Origin: Phoronis australis
Taxonomy: Eukaryota > Animalia > Phoronida
Assembly (NCBI GenBank): GCA_002633005.1
Contig: NMRA01000322.1
Location: forward strand, 1 to 64,000
Length of the DNA: 64,000 nucleotides
Reading direction: 5' to 3'
In this document: piece by piece, positions 1 through 15,520 of the stretch
Numbering within the stretch: position 1 is the stretch's first letter
How the letters are laid out: every line of letters begins with the position of its first letter
Notes under the pieces: model-generated
The model's database searches: none
The model's input: the letters and a program-made list of their open reading frames with translations, nothing else
Told to the model about the DNA's origin: nothing
Translations under genes and position numbers: made by a program

Positions 1-449
1 TGGTAAGGAATAATCCCATCCTCTTGCTACCACCTGGTAGAAAAAGAGACAATGTAGACACCTACATTATGTAATGTATAAAATTGTGTATATGGGCCAG
101 AGGCCTTGTGTACAACAACAATAAAATAAACATTGAATATTCGTTTCTTACTCATTTCAAGACCAACCATGCTTTTTAGATTTCTTTGCCCAAAGTCACA
201 GCAGAAACCAAGAAATTAAACTACAGTTTAACTTCAGATGGACATTCAGCTGTGTTTGGTAGTTTGAGCCGGACATAATGGGTTGTGCAAATTGAAAGGC
301 GCAATGCTCTGGCATAGCACTGGACATTCTGAAGGGCAATAAAAGCTATCAAAGCCAGAAAGCACTTGAATCGGACATTGTTGTGTAACAAATTTCCTCA
401 AAGACCGTCTTAGACCCCTTTGGCACTCCCATTCAGAATGACCCATTTC
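1..449 (-). other. Probable 5' exons of a minus-strand gene that leaves the window to the left (exons 449-152 and 33-<1)
   Basis: Minus strand has a pyrimidine tract + CAG acceptor before 449, a GTAAGA donor after 152, and a tctttttctaccAG acceptor before 33. An ATG at 170 gives the open spliced frame MVGLEMSGSKRMGLFLT. Product not recognisable. Confidence 0.35.
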
Positions 450-2015
450 CTGAACACAGTGACAGAAAAGACAAATCAGGTTTTGTCAGTCATTGAAAGC
501 TCACACCTGTTGAAAAGAAATTGTGACAGCAGTCACATAGCTTACATGGGTCATCTATTTTGTGAACCAGATTTCTTTATTGAAAAACAGTATATTCTGA
601 ATTGTAATCCATGCCAAATATTAAGTTATACGAACTTGCTAAATTACATAAAGAGCTCAACATTAACGCTAGTCCGACAGCACACAACAGCCACTTTGTA
701 GGTCCGGACAAAATCAGGGCAAGGCTGCTTGTTCAACAGGACAAATTGGCATAGTTGAACTCATGAAAATCAAAATAGATGTGAATGATATTTATAGCAA
801 AAAGTAGCAGCAAAGGATACTCACTAAGCAATGAAACCACTTGGCAACTCCTACCCCCCGGATGACCGGGGAGAGGCTAGAGCCCTCCCTATCTGTACTA
901 AACCTAGTTACCGAATATGAGGTTTTCACCTCATCAAAAAATACATTTTACAGTTAAAAATAACATGTTTATTTTCTTCAGCAATCATCTCTGGTTCTAC
1001 GGCTATCCTCAATGAAGCATGTCTATGAAATTAAGATAACTTTGGCAATCAATTCAAACTTCATTCTTTGGTTTTCGTTAACTTTTTTGCCGCAGGTATC
1101 ACCACAAAGTTGATCATTTGACGTCACGCGTATTAGGCCACAACATGAGAAAGAGCAGAGCATGTGACCTGGTGGTTCATACAGTTTGCAAAAAGTAGCA
1201 TGGGAGGATATCTGGAGATTTGAATCCCTTGGCCTTTGTTTCATGAAATAATCGTGATTCCATGTAAGTTCCTAAAAATGGTACCTGGTGACGGACCCTC
1301 GAAAGATTCATGGTCACGGAAATGTTAAAATCCTGTTTCTTGTCTCCAGAGTCATGATGTGAGTTTATTATATAACTCAGTTCATACTATAGTCTATAAT
1401 CTATATGCATGCTTCATTCGATGTTACTGGATGGAAGTTAGGAACACTCAAAATGTCTTTTGTGACAGTTACTTGACAACACGAGTCTCTGACTAATAAC
1501 ATGCACTGATGTATTGAAGTAGGCCAGGTGGTTGGCAATAATTTCCTGGAAAATACAAACATGAAAAGTGTCTACTAATTAATTGATGATAACTAAGATC
1601 GTCAATAATAAATAAATGGCTTCTGAAACTTACAACGTGATCTTTGACATTTTGTGACGTTTCTATAAAACACGACAGCGGTACAGTGTCGTCTAACAAG
1701 ACTTTGGACGATTTGTTTTTCTCAAAAACAGCCATGTTTGAAGGGGGCGGAAGCTCTTACTTACTCTCGCCTAATCTATTACATTACAAAGTACAGTCAT
1801 TGCGTTACTAAGTTAAACTCGTCGTGCAAAAGAGAACAATGACAAATTAAGAATGACAAGGCTAATAGAGTCAATGTGGGGCTTACTGAATATATTTTTT
1901 TCTTGTCATTAATTAGAGAGTTTAAAACACCACGTGACACAGTCTCCAACAGAGGTCTCTCCAATGAGATAAATAAAGCTCGGTCTCTCTCCATCGTTGA
2001 ACTCTGACCTCTGGC

Positions 2016-3228
2016 TCCAGCGGACGTGTGTGCAATAAACAAATATGGCAAGACATGACGGCTCTAGTCGGTAAAAAGCAACGGGGCTTTTTGCAATACC
2101 TGCGTCTGCAGCAACAGTTAATTGAAAATTCGTGACTTTTTTGCTTCCCACTGATTAAAATAGATGATGTTCACGACTGAAACAAAGAATGTTTTTGTGT
2201 GAAACTGCTGCCAGTCAACCAGTGACTGGACCGGGTGATTTGAACTTAATGTCTTTACTGTTCCCTGCCTTTGATCGCTTATATAGAAAATAATCGTTAA
2301 TTGTTTGCATGAGTTTGGGAACTATTGATTAGTTTATTCTATGCCCATTGATTACTTTCTTTCATTTCTTTCTGCAGTCTTAATACATTCAGATCTAAAA
2401 GATTATAATATTTACTATTACTATATTTTATTTACTAATTTTATTATTGTTATATTATCATACAATTGTTTTATCACTCTGTATTTATTATTATTTATTT
2501 TTATTTATTTATTCATTGTTTTTATTGATTCCCTGTTACTTATTTAAATTATTTCCATAGAGTGATTCCATACAGTTAACATTCTGGCCATCGTTGGGCA
2601 ATTTTATATTATGCAATCATGATATGGACTTCAGTGCATAATAAATATTAATTGTATGGGTTTGTTAACCCGCTTGATAATTTCCCTTAAGAAGTGTCGA
2701 AGGCAGTGTTCTTTTAAAAGCACATTAAGTCTTACATCGGTGGGTACTTCGGTAGTATGTAGTACGTTGGAAAACCCGTCACACTCAGTGATGATGTCGT
2801 TTCTTTAGATTATTGTTTTGACACGGGTCTTAAAACATCAAGTCAGGAAATAAGGCGTCCTTATGTTATTTACTTTGAAATTGGCCACTTTTAGCTCAGT
2901 GCCGATGTAGTCTGAATATATGTCTTAACTAAGTGCTGTTCGTGGATTTTAAAAAGTGTGAATGTTTTACGAGAGGTGGAACGCATCGTCAGAAAACTAC
3001 CCTGAATGGACTGTGTATCCAATTAAAGGCGTCTTGGCTATGGGAATATAAGGCAGGTTTATTGAAATGCACTGGAATTCCATCTGTTGCTGGTTTTCAA
3101 CCCCCTATCCCTCTTGAATCCAGTTTCATTAAACACAACCCACCCCATTTTCGCTACCCATTTCATATACCATCAGGCACGGATGCTGGGGGTCCAGTGA
3201 ATCAGTCTCAAATAGCGACTCCACTCTA
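2016..3228 (+). repeat. ~1.2 kb dispersed repeat, copy A (inverted relative to 56945-58115)
   Basis: Collinear reverse-complement matches, e.g. gtgtgtgcaataa..aaatatggcaaga, gtgttcttttaaaagcacatt..gtcttacatcgg, and gggtccagtgaatcagtc..aaatagcgactccact. Confidence 0.9.
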
Positions 3229-6200
3229 TTCCCTGAAAACTACTGCATATTTGTGCTGTGAGTTTGTAGCATGAATATAAGGGCATTCAAATGCAAACTT
3301 GGACTAGAAACTCATGAGCATAAACTATAATGTATACTAGCACAGTCTGATAACCACTTATACTGAATTCGGACTAAAGGAGCAGAGAAATTGACAAATA
3401 CAATTTCCAGTTCGTTTCGAGTACAAAGATTAGAGACCGGCCAGTGATTTTTCAGTAGCTGGTGATAGTTCATATTCACCGTGCTGTATTTTTGCTTTCT
3501 CTTCCATGCAGTTACTGATTATTTTACGAAACATTAATTCTTGAAAACATCTTGCTGTCGTGAATCGAGATGGGACCCAGGGGATTGTTAGACTTCACTA
3601 CGTTCCTTAAATCTTCTCACCACTTGTGTACTTTGTTTAATCACTTTGTTTACTCGTTTATGACATTTTTCTTACCTCTTCATCTTTATTATAAGGTCCT
3701 CTTTTATTCATGACATTTTCTAATAATATGAAAGCTGGGCCTTAGTATTTTAATGAAAATAAATGTAGACGCTTCTTAAATTAGGATCATTCAATGAAAA
3801 TAAGTTCACCACTGCTATTCATTTTCAATATTACACTAAAAGGCTTCGACGTCGTTAAATTTACTCTCGCTATGAATGTTAAAAATGGACTTAGTGGAGA
3901 AGATAAAATAGTAAAAGAGTTTAGACAATGAAGGGAATACAGAGGGCGTATTTCATTCAGCCGGCTAGTCAATGGCTTCATGTATGTCCATGGTCAGCGA
4001 AACTAAGGACACACATAATGGGGAGGTTATCTATTCTTGATTCTGGATAGGCGCCGGGAGTATTTTCATTAATTGAATTCGCCAAGACAAAGTGTAAGAA
4101 TAGGACTATAGCACGGCGTACTTCCATAAAAACCGACGTTCACGAACGTGTCTCGAGTAACGTGATCAATTACCCAAAGAATGAATTGCTTAAATTTTGC
4201 AGATTGGTTGCAACGGACTTCGCGTTGTTGTTGTAATAAAACACTCAAAATGGGGCTAAACAGTAATGTATTTTACGTATATGGAGCAAAACAATCTACA
4301 GGCTAATTCAGTAAGGTCATTGGCTTTCTTTCCAGCCCGAGTTGACTTGTCGAGTTGTTTAGTTGCTCTCAAAAATACGTGTACCTTTATAAAACTATTT
4401 CTGTGATCTCATGTCCTCGGACGACCACACCATTTCCCTCGTTCCACTCAGTTTCCAAAATTCCTATAACTGTTTATGTGTTTTTCTGATTGCGGGAACC
4501 ACAATTTCTAGGATTCACATTTCCCGAACAAAAATTTTAAGCACCGTTTTGTCGGACAACAGACCACATTTTACACTTCATTCCATCACTCATGCCAGTT
4601 TGTTTGCGTAAAGCGCTGCCTGTTGAGAGTTCGACTAGCCAATCAGAATCTCCGGTGTACAACAATTTCCCAAGGAAAATTAAGTGATACCTGCGAGAGA
4701 GTTCGCCTTTTGTTGCATGGTTTGGCACTCGTTAGCAACCAAAGTAAATAGTTTAGGCACATAGGAAGGTAAAATTATTGGGGGGCACAAACTAATTCGA
4801 CTTTGTCAAACAACCCCCGTCCTTATTATAGCCAGCGCCCAATCCTATGATGCATTTTCACATCTTTGGTTGTTTGGATCGAATTTCTTGTTTGTGCTGT
4901 GTACGAATGTTTTGTTTTTTGATGAATTTCTCAACTTCCTCTAATAAATACTTGGCGGAACAATTCCCCCAAACCGCCCCACCGAGAGAGGGTCAAGTCT
5001 GAAATGGAATACATTAAGATTAAAGGCTAAACATCATTAAGCTTCGAAAAGAGTGACAGTCACTCCATAGTCGTGTGACATTGCAAGAAGTGGCCTTAAT
5101 CAACTGAACATGGAAACCGGATGTACGATGATATAAGAAATGAAAACAGAGGTAATCGAGTCCAACATTAGGCCCTCTCTCCGTGAGCGGCCCCTTAAGA
5201 ATTTGTAAATAAAAACACGAGAAGGGTTCCAACTTGAATTTCATCAATAGCTTCCTTGGCAATGACTGGGCCCCTAAATATGAATAGATCTATATTAGTT
5301 TTCAAACAACACGGATGAGCAGCAATTGAAGTTATCTGTCAGGTTATCTATTTTTCTCAAGTGATTTACAATTCCGAGAAAAAAAAAAACGAAAACTTAA
5401 AGCTGCAGTTGTCTCAGTAATCCCTTGCCAGCTTGCCAGGGAGGGGCCTCTGGAAAAAAGTGTAGTTTTGCAGCAAAATGGTCTAAGTGAATTTAAAATT
5501 CCATTGTTTTAATACACACAGCAAAAGCTTCGCTTTAAAAATTTTCTCGATTTTCCGAAATACATGTATGAATGATTAAGTACACGATTTCAAGTGCGCG
5601 AAGGCCTATTATCCATAATACATTACAAGATCAACATCAAAAAGCCATAAACGTTCAAGTTAACCGCCGTGATCAAGAATTTATCTGGACAGGTTGTTAC
5701 AGCAGGTTTCTGCTTAGACGAACATATTAGAGGGGCAATTTCTGTGTTATACATGTAGCTATAGCTCGCATCTTTGCTTCATTTGTCGTGCATCTCAACG
5801 GAGAAGAAGTAGGACTTTTTGAAAATGCCAGAACACGTTGACTTCTAGTGTGGAATATATACAGAACCCAATTACGAAAAAATGTACGTAAAATTAGCAC
5901 ACGTTCCAATATATTGAATACGTTAAAGACGTGCAAACCCAAAAGGTCACACTATATGTAACGCAGTGTTCTCCAATAATTCAAAAACATGTCGAAACTC
6001 ATTCCGCTAGTCACGTAATGAAAGCCAAATACTTTTATTGTAGGAGAAGGTGCGAGATACGCGCCCACACATTCCGCTCACAGTGAGCTCGTCCGTCCGA
6101 AAGTTGAGTACATTTTACTACGGACGGCCACATTACGACTGCGCACTGCCTCTCTCTCTCTCTCTCTCTCTCATAATGATTTCTAGCAAAGCGTTGAGTG

Positions 6201-9169
6201 AATACACCCGAGAATATATTTTTTCAACTTCTGAATTTTTATTTGTTTAACAAACCGGGCACCAGCATCGTAATATGACATAACTATGTGAAGTGTGCTT
6301 TGCGAGTGAATTTGTAATGTTATGAACATGCGCATACATTAGTTTGTATAATTAGGTGACTGACCTGTTACAAACTAATTATATAACTCACATGTAGCTG
6401 ACTGACTTAAAGAAGTGTCACAACTGTTTAACCTTCGGAAGACATTTTCGATGAAGTTTGTCTCTTTTTTATTTTTGGGGTTTTCCAACGATCCATTGTT
6501 TCTTTACATCAGTTTGAAATCGTGTTTTGAAGTTTCAAAATGTCACGCGGCCTTCCCATCGTGCTTGACAGGCGACGACGAGAGCTGTAGCTAGGCCTAA
6601 TAGTGATAAGTCCCTTTGATATATTCATCGATGCCAGCAGAAGCCAAAAACACTGCGCAGATAAGTGAACTACACCCAGCTTAACAGGCTCGCTTTCTGG
6701 TACTAAGCTTGTAATGTATCAAGGGTAATAAGGTGCGCATAACTTGCCTTGAAAAGTACCAGCACGGAATAATGACACCCAATTTCAGAAAACAAAGTCG
6801 TGCCCCTTTTACTAAAACGCCTAGCAATTGCGTCATTAATCTTGTGACTGGACCGTCATCAGAATATACTCAAACGCCAAGCTCTTGTTGTTCAGTAAGT
6901 GCACATTTTCTTGGTTTACGAATCTCACGCCATATTTTTGGAAAGTGCGGCGTTTTGGGATTTACAGCCACAAGCACTAGCAGGGAATGTTACTTTCACA
7001 TCAACACTTAAAAGCCCGATGCTTCCCAACCAAAGTCTGTTAAAAAGAAAAACGTAACTAACACTCTTGGCAGGTTAAGTCCGAGACACATGTGGGAAAG
7101 ACCACACAACTATAGCCGCGAGGGTGGACTAAGGGTACCAAAATTGTCTGAATAATCCTTCACCACTCGACAGAGCAAAGATCGGTGCATCAATGGGCGA
7201 GGATGCGCAGAATTGACACGCCAAATCATCAAAACAGGGCTTGGTATCATTTTTAAGTAAACCAGTTCATTTACATGTAATTTGCAGTTTATGGAGTAGA
7301 TTAGCAGCTAGTTAAGAAAGTACTATCTGCTCGCTAGTGGTAGCAAAACCTTCGTAAAATAAAATTCCGCCCAACATTTTCCCAATATTTCATTCTCTGC
7401 GGATGTTATCAGCCTTGAGGCCGTGTGTTGTTTATGTATGGTTGCCGGGGGTTTCATTGTACTTTTTAATGAAGGTGTGTCGCTGATGCCTTGAAATGAC
7501 AATCAGGTTATGAAGAATTAGTAGAAAATGACACAATATCACTTAAAACGATTAGAACCCGCGTTCCGATGAAAAATGCCTAGCTTCTTTTGATATGCTT
7601 ATATCGCAACGTGTTCCTTTATCCAACTGACTAATGAATTTTGGATTTTCAAGCAAATAACAGTTTGTTACATGTACATGTATGCTGTGCGCTTACTGTA
7701 ATGACACGTCATGACAAAGCCAACTCGAAGAGCGTGGTCTTCAGCAATATAGTGAACTTACTAAACCCTAAAATCATTTACAAATTGACTAAGGAACACT
7801 TTAACCGTAAATGGTCAAAATTCGACTGACGGCGAGGTAACAATAGCTTTAGCTATGATAACAAATATGTGTCACAAGACACATTGAAGTTCAACATTTG
7901 TCGTTATTTTTTAGCTGGCACTGTATTTAATTGTGCATGTACAAAAGCATGTGGCTGAAAAGGTAATCCGACCGGTGCCATGCACGTATTAGCACGGAAC
8001 GGAATTACCCCCGATATTACATTCAAAGGGCGAGTCACGACACCCTGTCACAACGCTGATAGGATTATCTGATTGCTGTCATCGGCAGGTTTATTTATTG
8101 CTTAAATATTTCTAGAGTCATGTGACCAACGGATACGAGAGCGGAATTTGTAAATGAATTTTACGAAACCGGGTGTTGTATGAAAGAAACGATATCGCCA
8201 GGTAATCGGTAAATTTGTCGCTGATTAACAGGCGTCAGTGATTTGCACGGGAATCAAGTAGTTAGCCATCTTTATTACAACTGCGGTGAGTACATGTAAT
8301 AATTCGTGTAAAAAGACAGGTTATTCCTTACAGGAACGTTTAATGCTAGGCTAATTGACACAGTCGTTTTAAAGACCTGTTGAGTATTTTTATGTAAATC
8401 GACGAATGTTTGACAGAGTTGAAGTGAGCGTTGGAGGTCAAGACATGCTGTGCGCACGCTAGTACGTGAGTGATAGATCTCTGCGTTGCTACCACACAGT
8501 GATTTAGTCTCAGACTGATTCATGAGAGATTTCTTTCTTTGTAAACTACCCAAGAGGGATTAAAGGAAATGTGGATATTTTGCTTTTATATACATTAGCC
8601 TTTTCAAGGATGTGCGGTGAATACAGTCGGTATATTAAGTGAAATTACTAAACTTGAATTTCTCGTCAGTGGCATCTTTTGGTTACGGATTTGTTATTCG
8701 TATCCTATTTCCAAACACGAGCGTAAGATGAACATCATTGAATGTCTATAATATTGATAAAAACAACAACAATTTAATAGTAACAGTAATAGGTTATAAG
8801 GTTATAAAACTTGTAAAGCGCTACAAACTGGAATTATTGCTATTCACTACAGTCAGTGTTACTTCTAATTTGTTATTGGTTTTAATGTGATATTTATTAT
8901 TATAATGATTTAATGATTCCATTAAAATTACATGATAATAATATAATAAGGATGATGATAATTATTATATAATAGTAATAGTGAAATGTATGGAGCATTT
9001 TCGGCACGGGTGTGAACTATAAGGGTGTGAGTATGGGGATTTGTAACTCGAGTTTGGTCACTGTCAGCTGATCCTTGACTGGAATTTAAGTAGAGGATTG
9101 CAGTTTTAATTTAGGGCCGCGGCTATGGAATTGTTTCCTGCGATCCTTCGATTGGGATCGGCACTAATT

Positions 9170-9283
9170 CATGGGCGGTGCACCGCTTTTCCATTGCTTC
9201 GTCGACCATGGCTTACGGGGCGGTGCACTGCAGGTGTGCTGGGGTGGCTATAGCCCCACTTTTTCAGTGCTGTGCCGCTCATG
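9170..9283. mobile_element. Short MITE with CATGGGCGG...CCGC(T/C)CATG termini (family B)
   Basis: Terminal inverted repeats and flanks taatt/taatc. Related copies at 48028-48174, 51598-51669 and about 27077-27225. Confidence 0.7.
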
Positions 9284-12200
9284 TAATCTCCCTGAAAACG
9301 AGATTTGCAAAGAACTGAGCTGAGCAATATATATCTCATCATCACTGTATGTGTAATTATTTCCACTGCCTCACGGATGTATGCCTAGAGCGGCCACTAG
9401 GTCACGGAGCAGCACAAAATGCATCACACATTTGTTGATGTACAGTTTGGATAACTATTGGCCTACCTGTACGCTAATCGAAAACGAAGATTGTACCAAT
9501 CATAGTTTTCAATCAAATACGTATCTGTTTGGCTTATAATTATTTATAGTCCCTGTCCGTGAAGCTAATCACTAGTAAAATACTTGATTACAATGAAGTT
9601 TCCATTACTGGTTTGAAAAAAGATTGCTAGTACCGGTCCCGAACCAACTTCCGCCTGACGTACTCCAAAACTGGTATATCCCAATCATCTAACTGAGACT
9701 CACGTGAACTTTGTTGTAAGTATATGCAGTTAGTCATTAGGTTTTTTATAAGTACATGTAAGTCCGGAATTTGTTAGAATCAGATAATGGGCCCACTGCT
9801 TCCTTCCCGGCATTGGCAGCGGAGAGGAAGGGGCTATCAAACATGCCCCCATTTTTTTCTGCGTGATCATATTCAGCAGTAGCTCCATGTATACCTCGTG
9901 TGTGGTTTAGCCTCATAGCCACATAGCCACCTAGCCACGTAGCCACATAGTCTGTTTATTTTTTGTTGTTACTTTTACCTATCGTCAAATCTTAAAGATT
10001 ATTTTCTCGCTTCATTTTAGCTAAAAACTTTATAAAACGGATGTTAACGCAAGTTAGTTGAATCAGAACTTAAGCTCAGATAATACTCGTTCCACAACAT
10101 TCCAAATATTTTCAAACTGGACTCAAATTGATATGATTTTTAATTTGGTTTTTATGTTTTGTGATGCACCACCACAACCTAAAATTTCCATCGTATAGTG
10201 AGTGACGTAGCTGACTCTCTCAGCTGCCGCCATATGCAATGACGTTTCCGCAAACTCTTTTCACTTTTTGAAAAATCTAATAGTTAAATAAAGCAGACAA
10301 AAACGAGACTTAAAGCAGTTTTATATTTCAGTGATGTCATGCAACTGACACAACTCACTCTACGTTCTATATTGGTGATTGTAAGGAGAGCGTATCTTTA
10401 AGACTTGAAACATTACCTTCCCACTTAAAAAGGTGCTCCGATTCCTGTATTACGGTCTATCTCTACCATGATTTCATTATTGACTAAGATGGAGTTACAA
10501 ATTCAATGCAGACCCATCTAATATCTAACATTTGTCTATTTGTTTAACTTCTCCAATATAATATACTGTATATTAAAATAAAACACACAGTCTCGTGAAA
10601 TGGAAAAAGGCTGAAAATCCTTAATGAATACAACAGAAGTTAAATCGATAGTACCCCTCTTGGGGCTCAATCCGGAGATAGAATCCGTGGCGCAAACTTC
10701 GATTTAGGAAAAGAATAGCTTCCTGAACAAATGTCTCGCTTACCAATAATCGATTTAAATGACAACGCATTCAGACATACCTGAATTTGGGGTGAAAATG
10801 AATTAGTGTAAATTATGCAAACCGAGAAAGCGTGCACCATTTACCCACAGAGTATCTAGAGAAGTCCTCGGCGCAAAAGCTTGATGTCGCCGCCACGGAT
10901 TGAAGGAAGGTACTCATTATTCATACGCTTGGTTGAACGTCCTGGATGAGATAATTGCGTTCGTAAACCAACACGCCTGTTAACCTTATGAAAACAAGAA
11001 CTATAAGTGAAGCAAAAGACCAACATGATTGTTTTTAAAATTGAAAAGTAGATATTAGCCATCTTTGATTTTTTAGATCGAGGCTTTAGCGGAAAGATTT
11101 TCTTTAGAATCGCGGCTAAGCAACGAGCATCAATTTATGATCGATTACGACTGGTAAGTTACTGTCTGGTTTAGGCTCACTTCAAAGCGCTGAGGTAACA
11201 AAACCCTAAAGGTTATCGTAGGCTTTGTCTCACAAGTTCGCAGTTTTAGCAATGACGTACCACAACACTGATCGATGTTATGCGACTGAGAATCACAGGA
11301 AGTTATAACCGTCACGTTACAATTGATCGTGATCGCAGCAATCATCATAATCGTCTACATTTCTTGTTTACGTTGGACATTACAGTGAGTTAAGCATTTC
11401 ATTTAGAACTTGTTTTGAAAGTTTATTTGCGAACCAAGTGCCAGTTGACAATACGTAGATTAGCTACTGCAGAAGCATCATCGTCGCCGCCGCCACCGCC
11501 GTCGTCATCACCATCATTATCATTATTTTAGTTTATTTTATGAATGGAGGATGTCTCGACTCTTGCGTTGGATGTGTTCCAACTCACCAACTTTTTCATT
11601 GATGCCCAAATCAAGCATTTGTCAGCATGCCTTTAAGAAGAGGGCAACAGATTCTTTACTGGATTTTAGAGACTATCAATGCATTCCATTTTGTGCAGTG
11701 AATATTTTTTACAACAGTTGCTAATTTTGCTCCATTTTTATCAAAGCCACTACTATGTTACAATTTGGAGATACTTGAAAAAGCTTTACAAATCCGTCTC
11801 AAAATGTGGAAAAATTGAGATTTATATGCTGTTTTATGACGGGCAGAAACTTTTCATTGTGACCCTCTGACTCCTAGTGTCGCTTGATCACGCAATGCTG
11901 CGCGTGCACAAGGTCGTTGCCACAAGTTGACTAGTGATCCGAATTATTTTGCTCCAAGTAAAATAGGATTAAAATAAGTAAGTGGGACGCATTGATAGTC
12001 TTTAAAAATTCATGCAACTCTACATGAAGAAAATTTAGAAATTTATGAAGTTTGTATTATGAGTTGCCGTGTATAAGATGACTCAAATGTAAAGAATTGG
12101 TCGCTTATTAATTTTTCAGTTCATATGTTTTACCACTTACATGTATAAACCCATCTTGAAAGAAATTGATGATCAGTCCATTTTAATACAGGTCAAACAT

Positions 12201-13094
12201 CGGTAAAATGTACATCATTCGATGAACAAACATCTGAAGTCTAACTCTTTCAGAAATTGTTCCTTTTTATGTGACTTTGATGCAGGTTGGTGAACTTCGA
12301 GCAAATTTATATCACATGCTCCATCAAACACGATCCAGATTCTCCTATGAAGAGAGTTACATTTATGATTGTTTTCGTATTGATTTTGACCAGGTTCGTC
12401 ACAGTTTATGTGAATACAAAAATATAAAAAAGTACTTAGGTTATCAAAAGTACAATTCTTTTGTAAATGCAGAAACCGTGACCCATTAACACACATAGGT
12501 AATTAGACAATGTAAACATTTCTTTGAAATCTGCATGTTACTTTTGAGAATACTTGAAATATCAGCGGTGTGATAATAAAGCACTTCTATAGGACTAGTT
12601 ATTAAATGACGGATATGTCAAGAGTTTAACTCTTATATTTTTATACTTCTTATGCATTCCGAGAATTTCCAGCTCTGGCCACGTTGGCGATAGTATTCAC
12701 CAGAGGCGTGTGCAATGGTGTCGGACAATTATGCTGAGTTTATGTGCAAGCATTTTCTCCAAATCAGACAGGGCTTGATAACTCAAAGACGACTTAAAGC
12801 TTTAAGATAGATAATTTTCAAATAAACTAACATATAAATTACACTAAACAGACACATAAATTACGTGAATATTTGTCAGCTTGTCTTTAAGCAAAGTTAA
12901 AGCTACAATGAGCATATGCCAGTGTCGTTTTTGTTACAATCTACGCATCCTCCCTATCCTATAATGTCAACTTTGTTTGCTAACATGGCAACTTGATGGA
13001 CCAAAACAGGGTCAGGTGAATGAAATGAGAGTGTGGTCGAGAGGTCATGATAGTTTTGCAGCTCTTATCTATCACTTTCGGGGATTAGTTACTT

Positions 13095-13380
13095 TAATAA
13101 CAATAACAATAACAATAGTATGATTAATAACAACAACAATAACGATAATATGAATAACGATGATAAAAAGTGGTAAAACTATAGTTATAGTCATAGTGAT
13201 GGTGATAATAATTTCCATGTTATAATTTAATAATTGTTAAGGTATTGTTTTTGTTGTCATAGTTAGTGTAAGCATCATAACATATTATCATTATCATATT
13301 CCATTTGAATGGTATTGTTGATGTTATTATTGTTGTTATTGTTGGGTCTTTTGTTATTGTTGTTGACATTTTGGTTGTTG
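13095..13380. repeat. Degenerate (AAT/AAC)n then (TTA/TTG)n low-complexity tract
   Basis: Seen directly. It produces the spurious poly-Asn ORF at 13275-13460. Confidence 0.8.
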
Positions 13381-15049
13381 CGAAATGAGGCGGTTAGGGA
13401 GATGGATATTAGGGGGAAGAGCTGCGTGGTGCATTTCCAAATACAAAAGTCAAAGGTCAAGCTTAACTACTAAGTTTCGGCAACCAATAGAACCTTTGGA
13501 ACACTATTTCACGAAGCGCCTGATTTCATTTTCGAATATCAAATGGCTGCCGTGGTAAGTAGTCGAACAAACGAGTGTTTACGTGCTCGACACGTAAATT
13601 TGAAGGATGTAAACTATATGCTGTCAACAAAAAATCTTTTAAACGTATGTAAAAACACAACATTTCTTAGAGTTGCAGTGCCCTCTCTTGGTGGCTAAAG
13701 ACCAATATCAAAATAGGCCTTTAAAGAGTACTGGAACGCAAAAACAGACTAAATTTGATTACTTATTCATTATGCTTTTCAACCTCTTAAACAAATGTTA
13801 AACTGTTCACCAGGTATTGTTTCGGTTTGTTTGTTAAAATTTTGAATTCATCGGCAACAATTCAAGATCGGGTGAGCGTGGTAAGGTTTATGAATTTCGC
13901 ATAAAAAGCAACAACATATGAGAAATATTCTATCTGTATTTCAGTGATCTGAAAAAAGCACCTTTTCTCGACTAACATTGCGTTGCCCTACTGGCAGAAA
14001 TCTCTACATAAAAGTCATAATAAATTTGAGCTGCCCCCTGCTAAGTTGCTTTACATTACATTACCTAGTTTCATAACAAGCTGAATAGCCCACACTGCAG
14101 AGAAACACCTTTGTGAAGGGTAACGATTTCATAACAATTACAGCAATGAACAGAGATTCAGTTTATCTGAACTCAACTATTAGCTAATGGCCTATGGTCA
14201 AAATTGAGATGTGAAGTGCACCAATGTTTGACTAACACTTGCCCCTGAGCCAACGTAACATAGAAGCATGACAAATGTGGCACTTGGTGAAGCAATCCAA
14301 GAGTTTGTGATAGCCTGAGAGTTCTGAGTAGAGAAAAAATGTGTAAATACGCCATTATGCCTTGATTTTAACTGATTCAATCCTTTAATTTGTTCTTTCA
14401 AAATGTAATTCACTCTAGGTTTGCTAGGGTTTTTGAAAATCAAAAATACTGTTCTGTTGCTTTTGTTGAAATTTCCTCCACTTTTTGTCGCAATTATGCA
14501 AAGTATTTCCAATGTAAAAGTCAGAGCTTTGTTTAAAGGACATTGTTAATCAAACAGACACTATGCGTTTGTAATTAATTAATACACTGCAGTAGGTGGC
14601 CATGTTTCTTATTTACTGTGGTTCAATCTACAATTTTGTTGAATCTCGAGACGATGCTTTATCTTTTCTGTGATTTTATGGACGCGAACAACAACGCATT
14701 GATATGCAGAAGCATGTCATTCGCCCAGCCAATGTATACATATAGTTGACACTAAACAGTGTCACCGTCTAAGGCTATGCTTTTAGTCCTTACCAGTAGT
14801 GCCAATTCCGTAGCTATTTTATTAAAGAAAAGTTATTCACTAGTCGCTGGATGCTTTTCCATTGTTATAATGGTATGAAATCATTTGAAGAATCACTTCT
14901 GGGAGCAAACAATCAGCATACATGATGGCCAACGGGGCATAGCTAATCACCTAGAACTATGCTCCCGTGCAGATTTCACCAAGCGATAAAAGTTGGGCTT
15001 CATTAATGACCTGAAATGACGTACCGTACACGTATGTTTACGATATGCT

Positions 15050-15520
15050 TTGTTAGCTGTATTAAATACTGGTTTCGTTATCCAAGGGCCGCTTACAACA
15101 TGTTGTACAGACTAGATGAAAATGGTAGACATATGTATAATTTGGCAAGCTCAATCCGCAATTTATTGTCAATGTATGGTTTCTATGATGTTTGGGTGAA
15201 CCAAGGAGTCGTATGTCAAGAGTTGTTTGTAAATATTTTCTCACAACGTGTTAAGGACTGTGCTTTGCAAAGGTGACAGTCCAATGTTGATTCCAATTAA
15301 GTACAAAAACTTTAAGGTTGTATTTGAATATGAAAACTATTTAGGAATGATGATCATCCAAGAGTGTTCGTGCAAAGTTTTACACGTTTTCGAGGTGCAA
15401 ACCACAGACTGGCAGTAGAAACTGGTCGCCACGTAACTGTAATATGTCAAGACAGAGTCTGTACATTATGCAAAGGAATTGTGTCGAGTATGGATATCAT
15501 TTTTTTTTTAGTTTGCGACG
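15050..15520 (+). mobile_element. 3' fragment of a non-LTR retrotransposon ORF2 (RTE-X-like), decayed
   Basis: Translates to CIKYWFR..AAYNML..LDENG..NLASSIRNLL..YGF..VWVNQG, then FTRFRGANHRLAVETGR..DRVCTLC..HF..VC, a C-terminal CCHC-type knuckle. Contains stops and frameshifts. Confidence 0.75.

Noticed and set aside
12673-12718. Signal-peptide-like LATLAIVFTRGVCN segment
   Set aside because: No in-frame ATG and a weak donor (GTGTCG).
13543-13560. ATG GCT GCC GTG|GTAAGT as aGPCR start exon
   Set aside because: A phase 0 donor does not match the phase 1 cadherin exon, and no linking exon was found.
3230-15000. Numerous 60-105 aa ORFs in the supplied track
   Set aside because: No recognisable motifs or consistent splice structure. 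Expected by chance in intergenic or intronic DNA.
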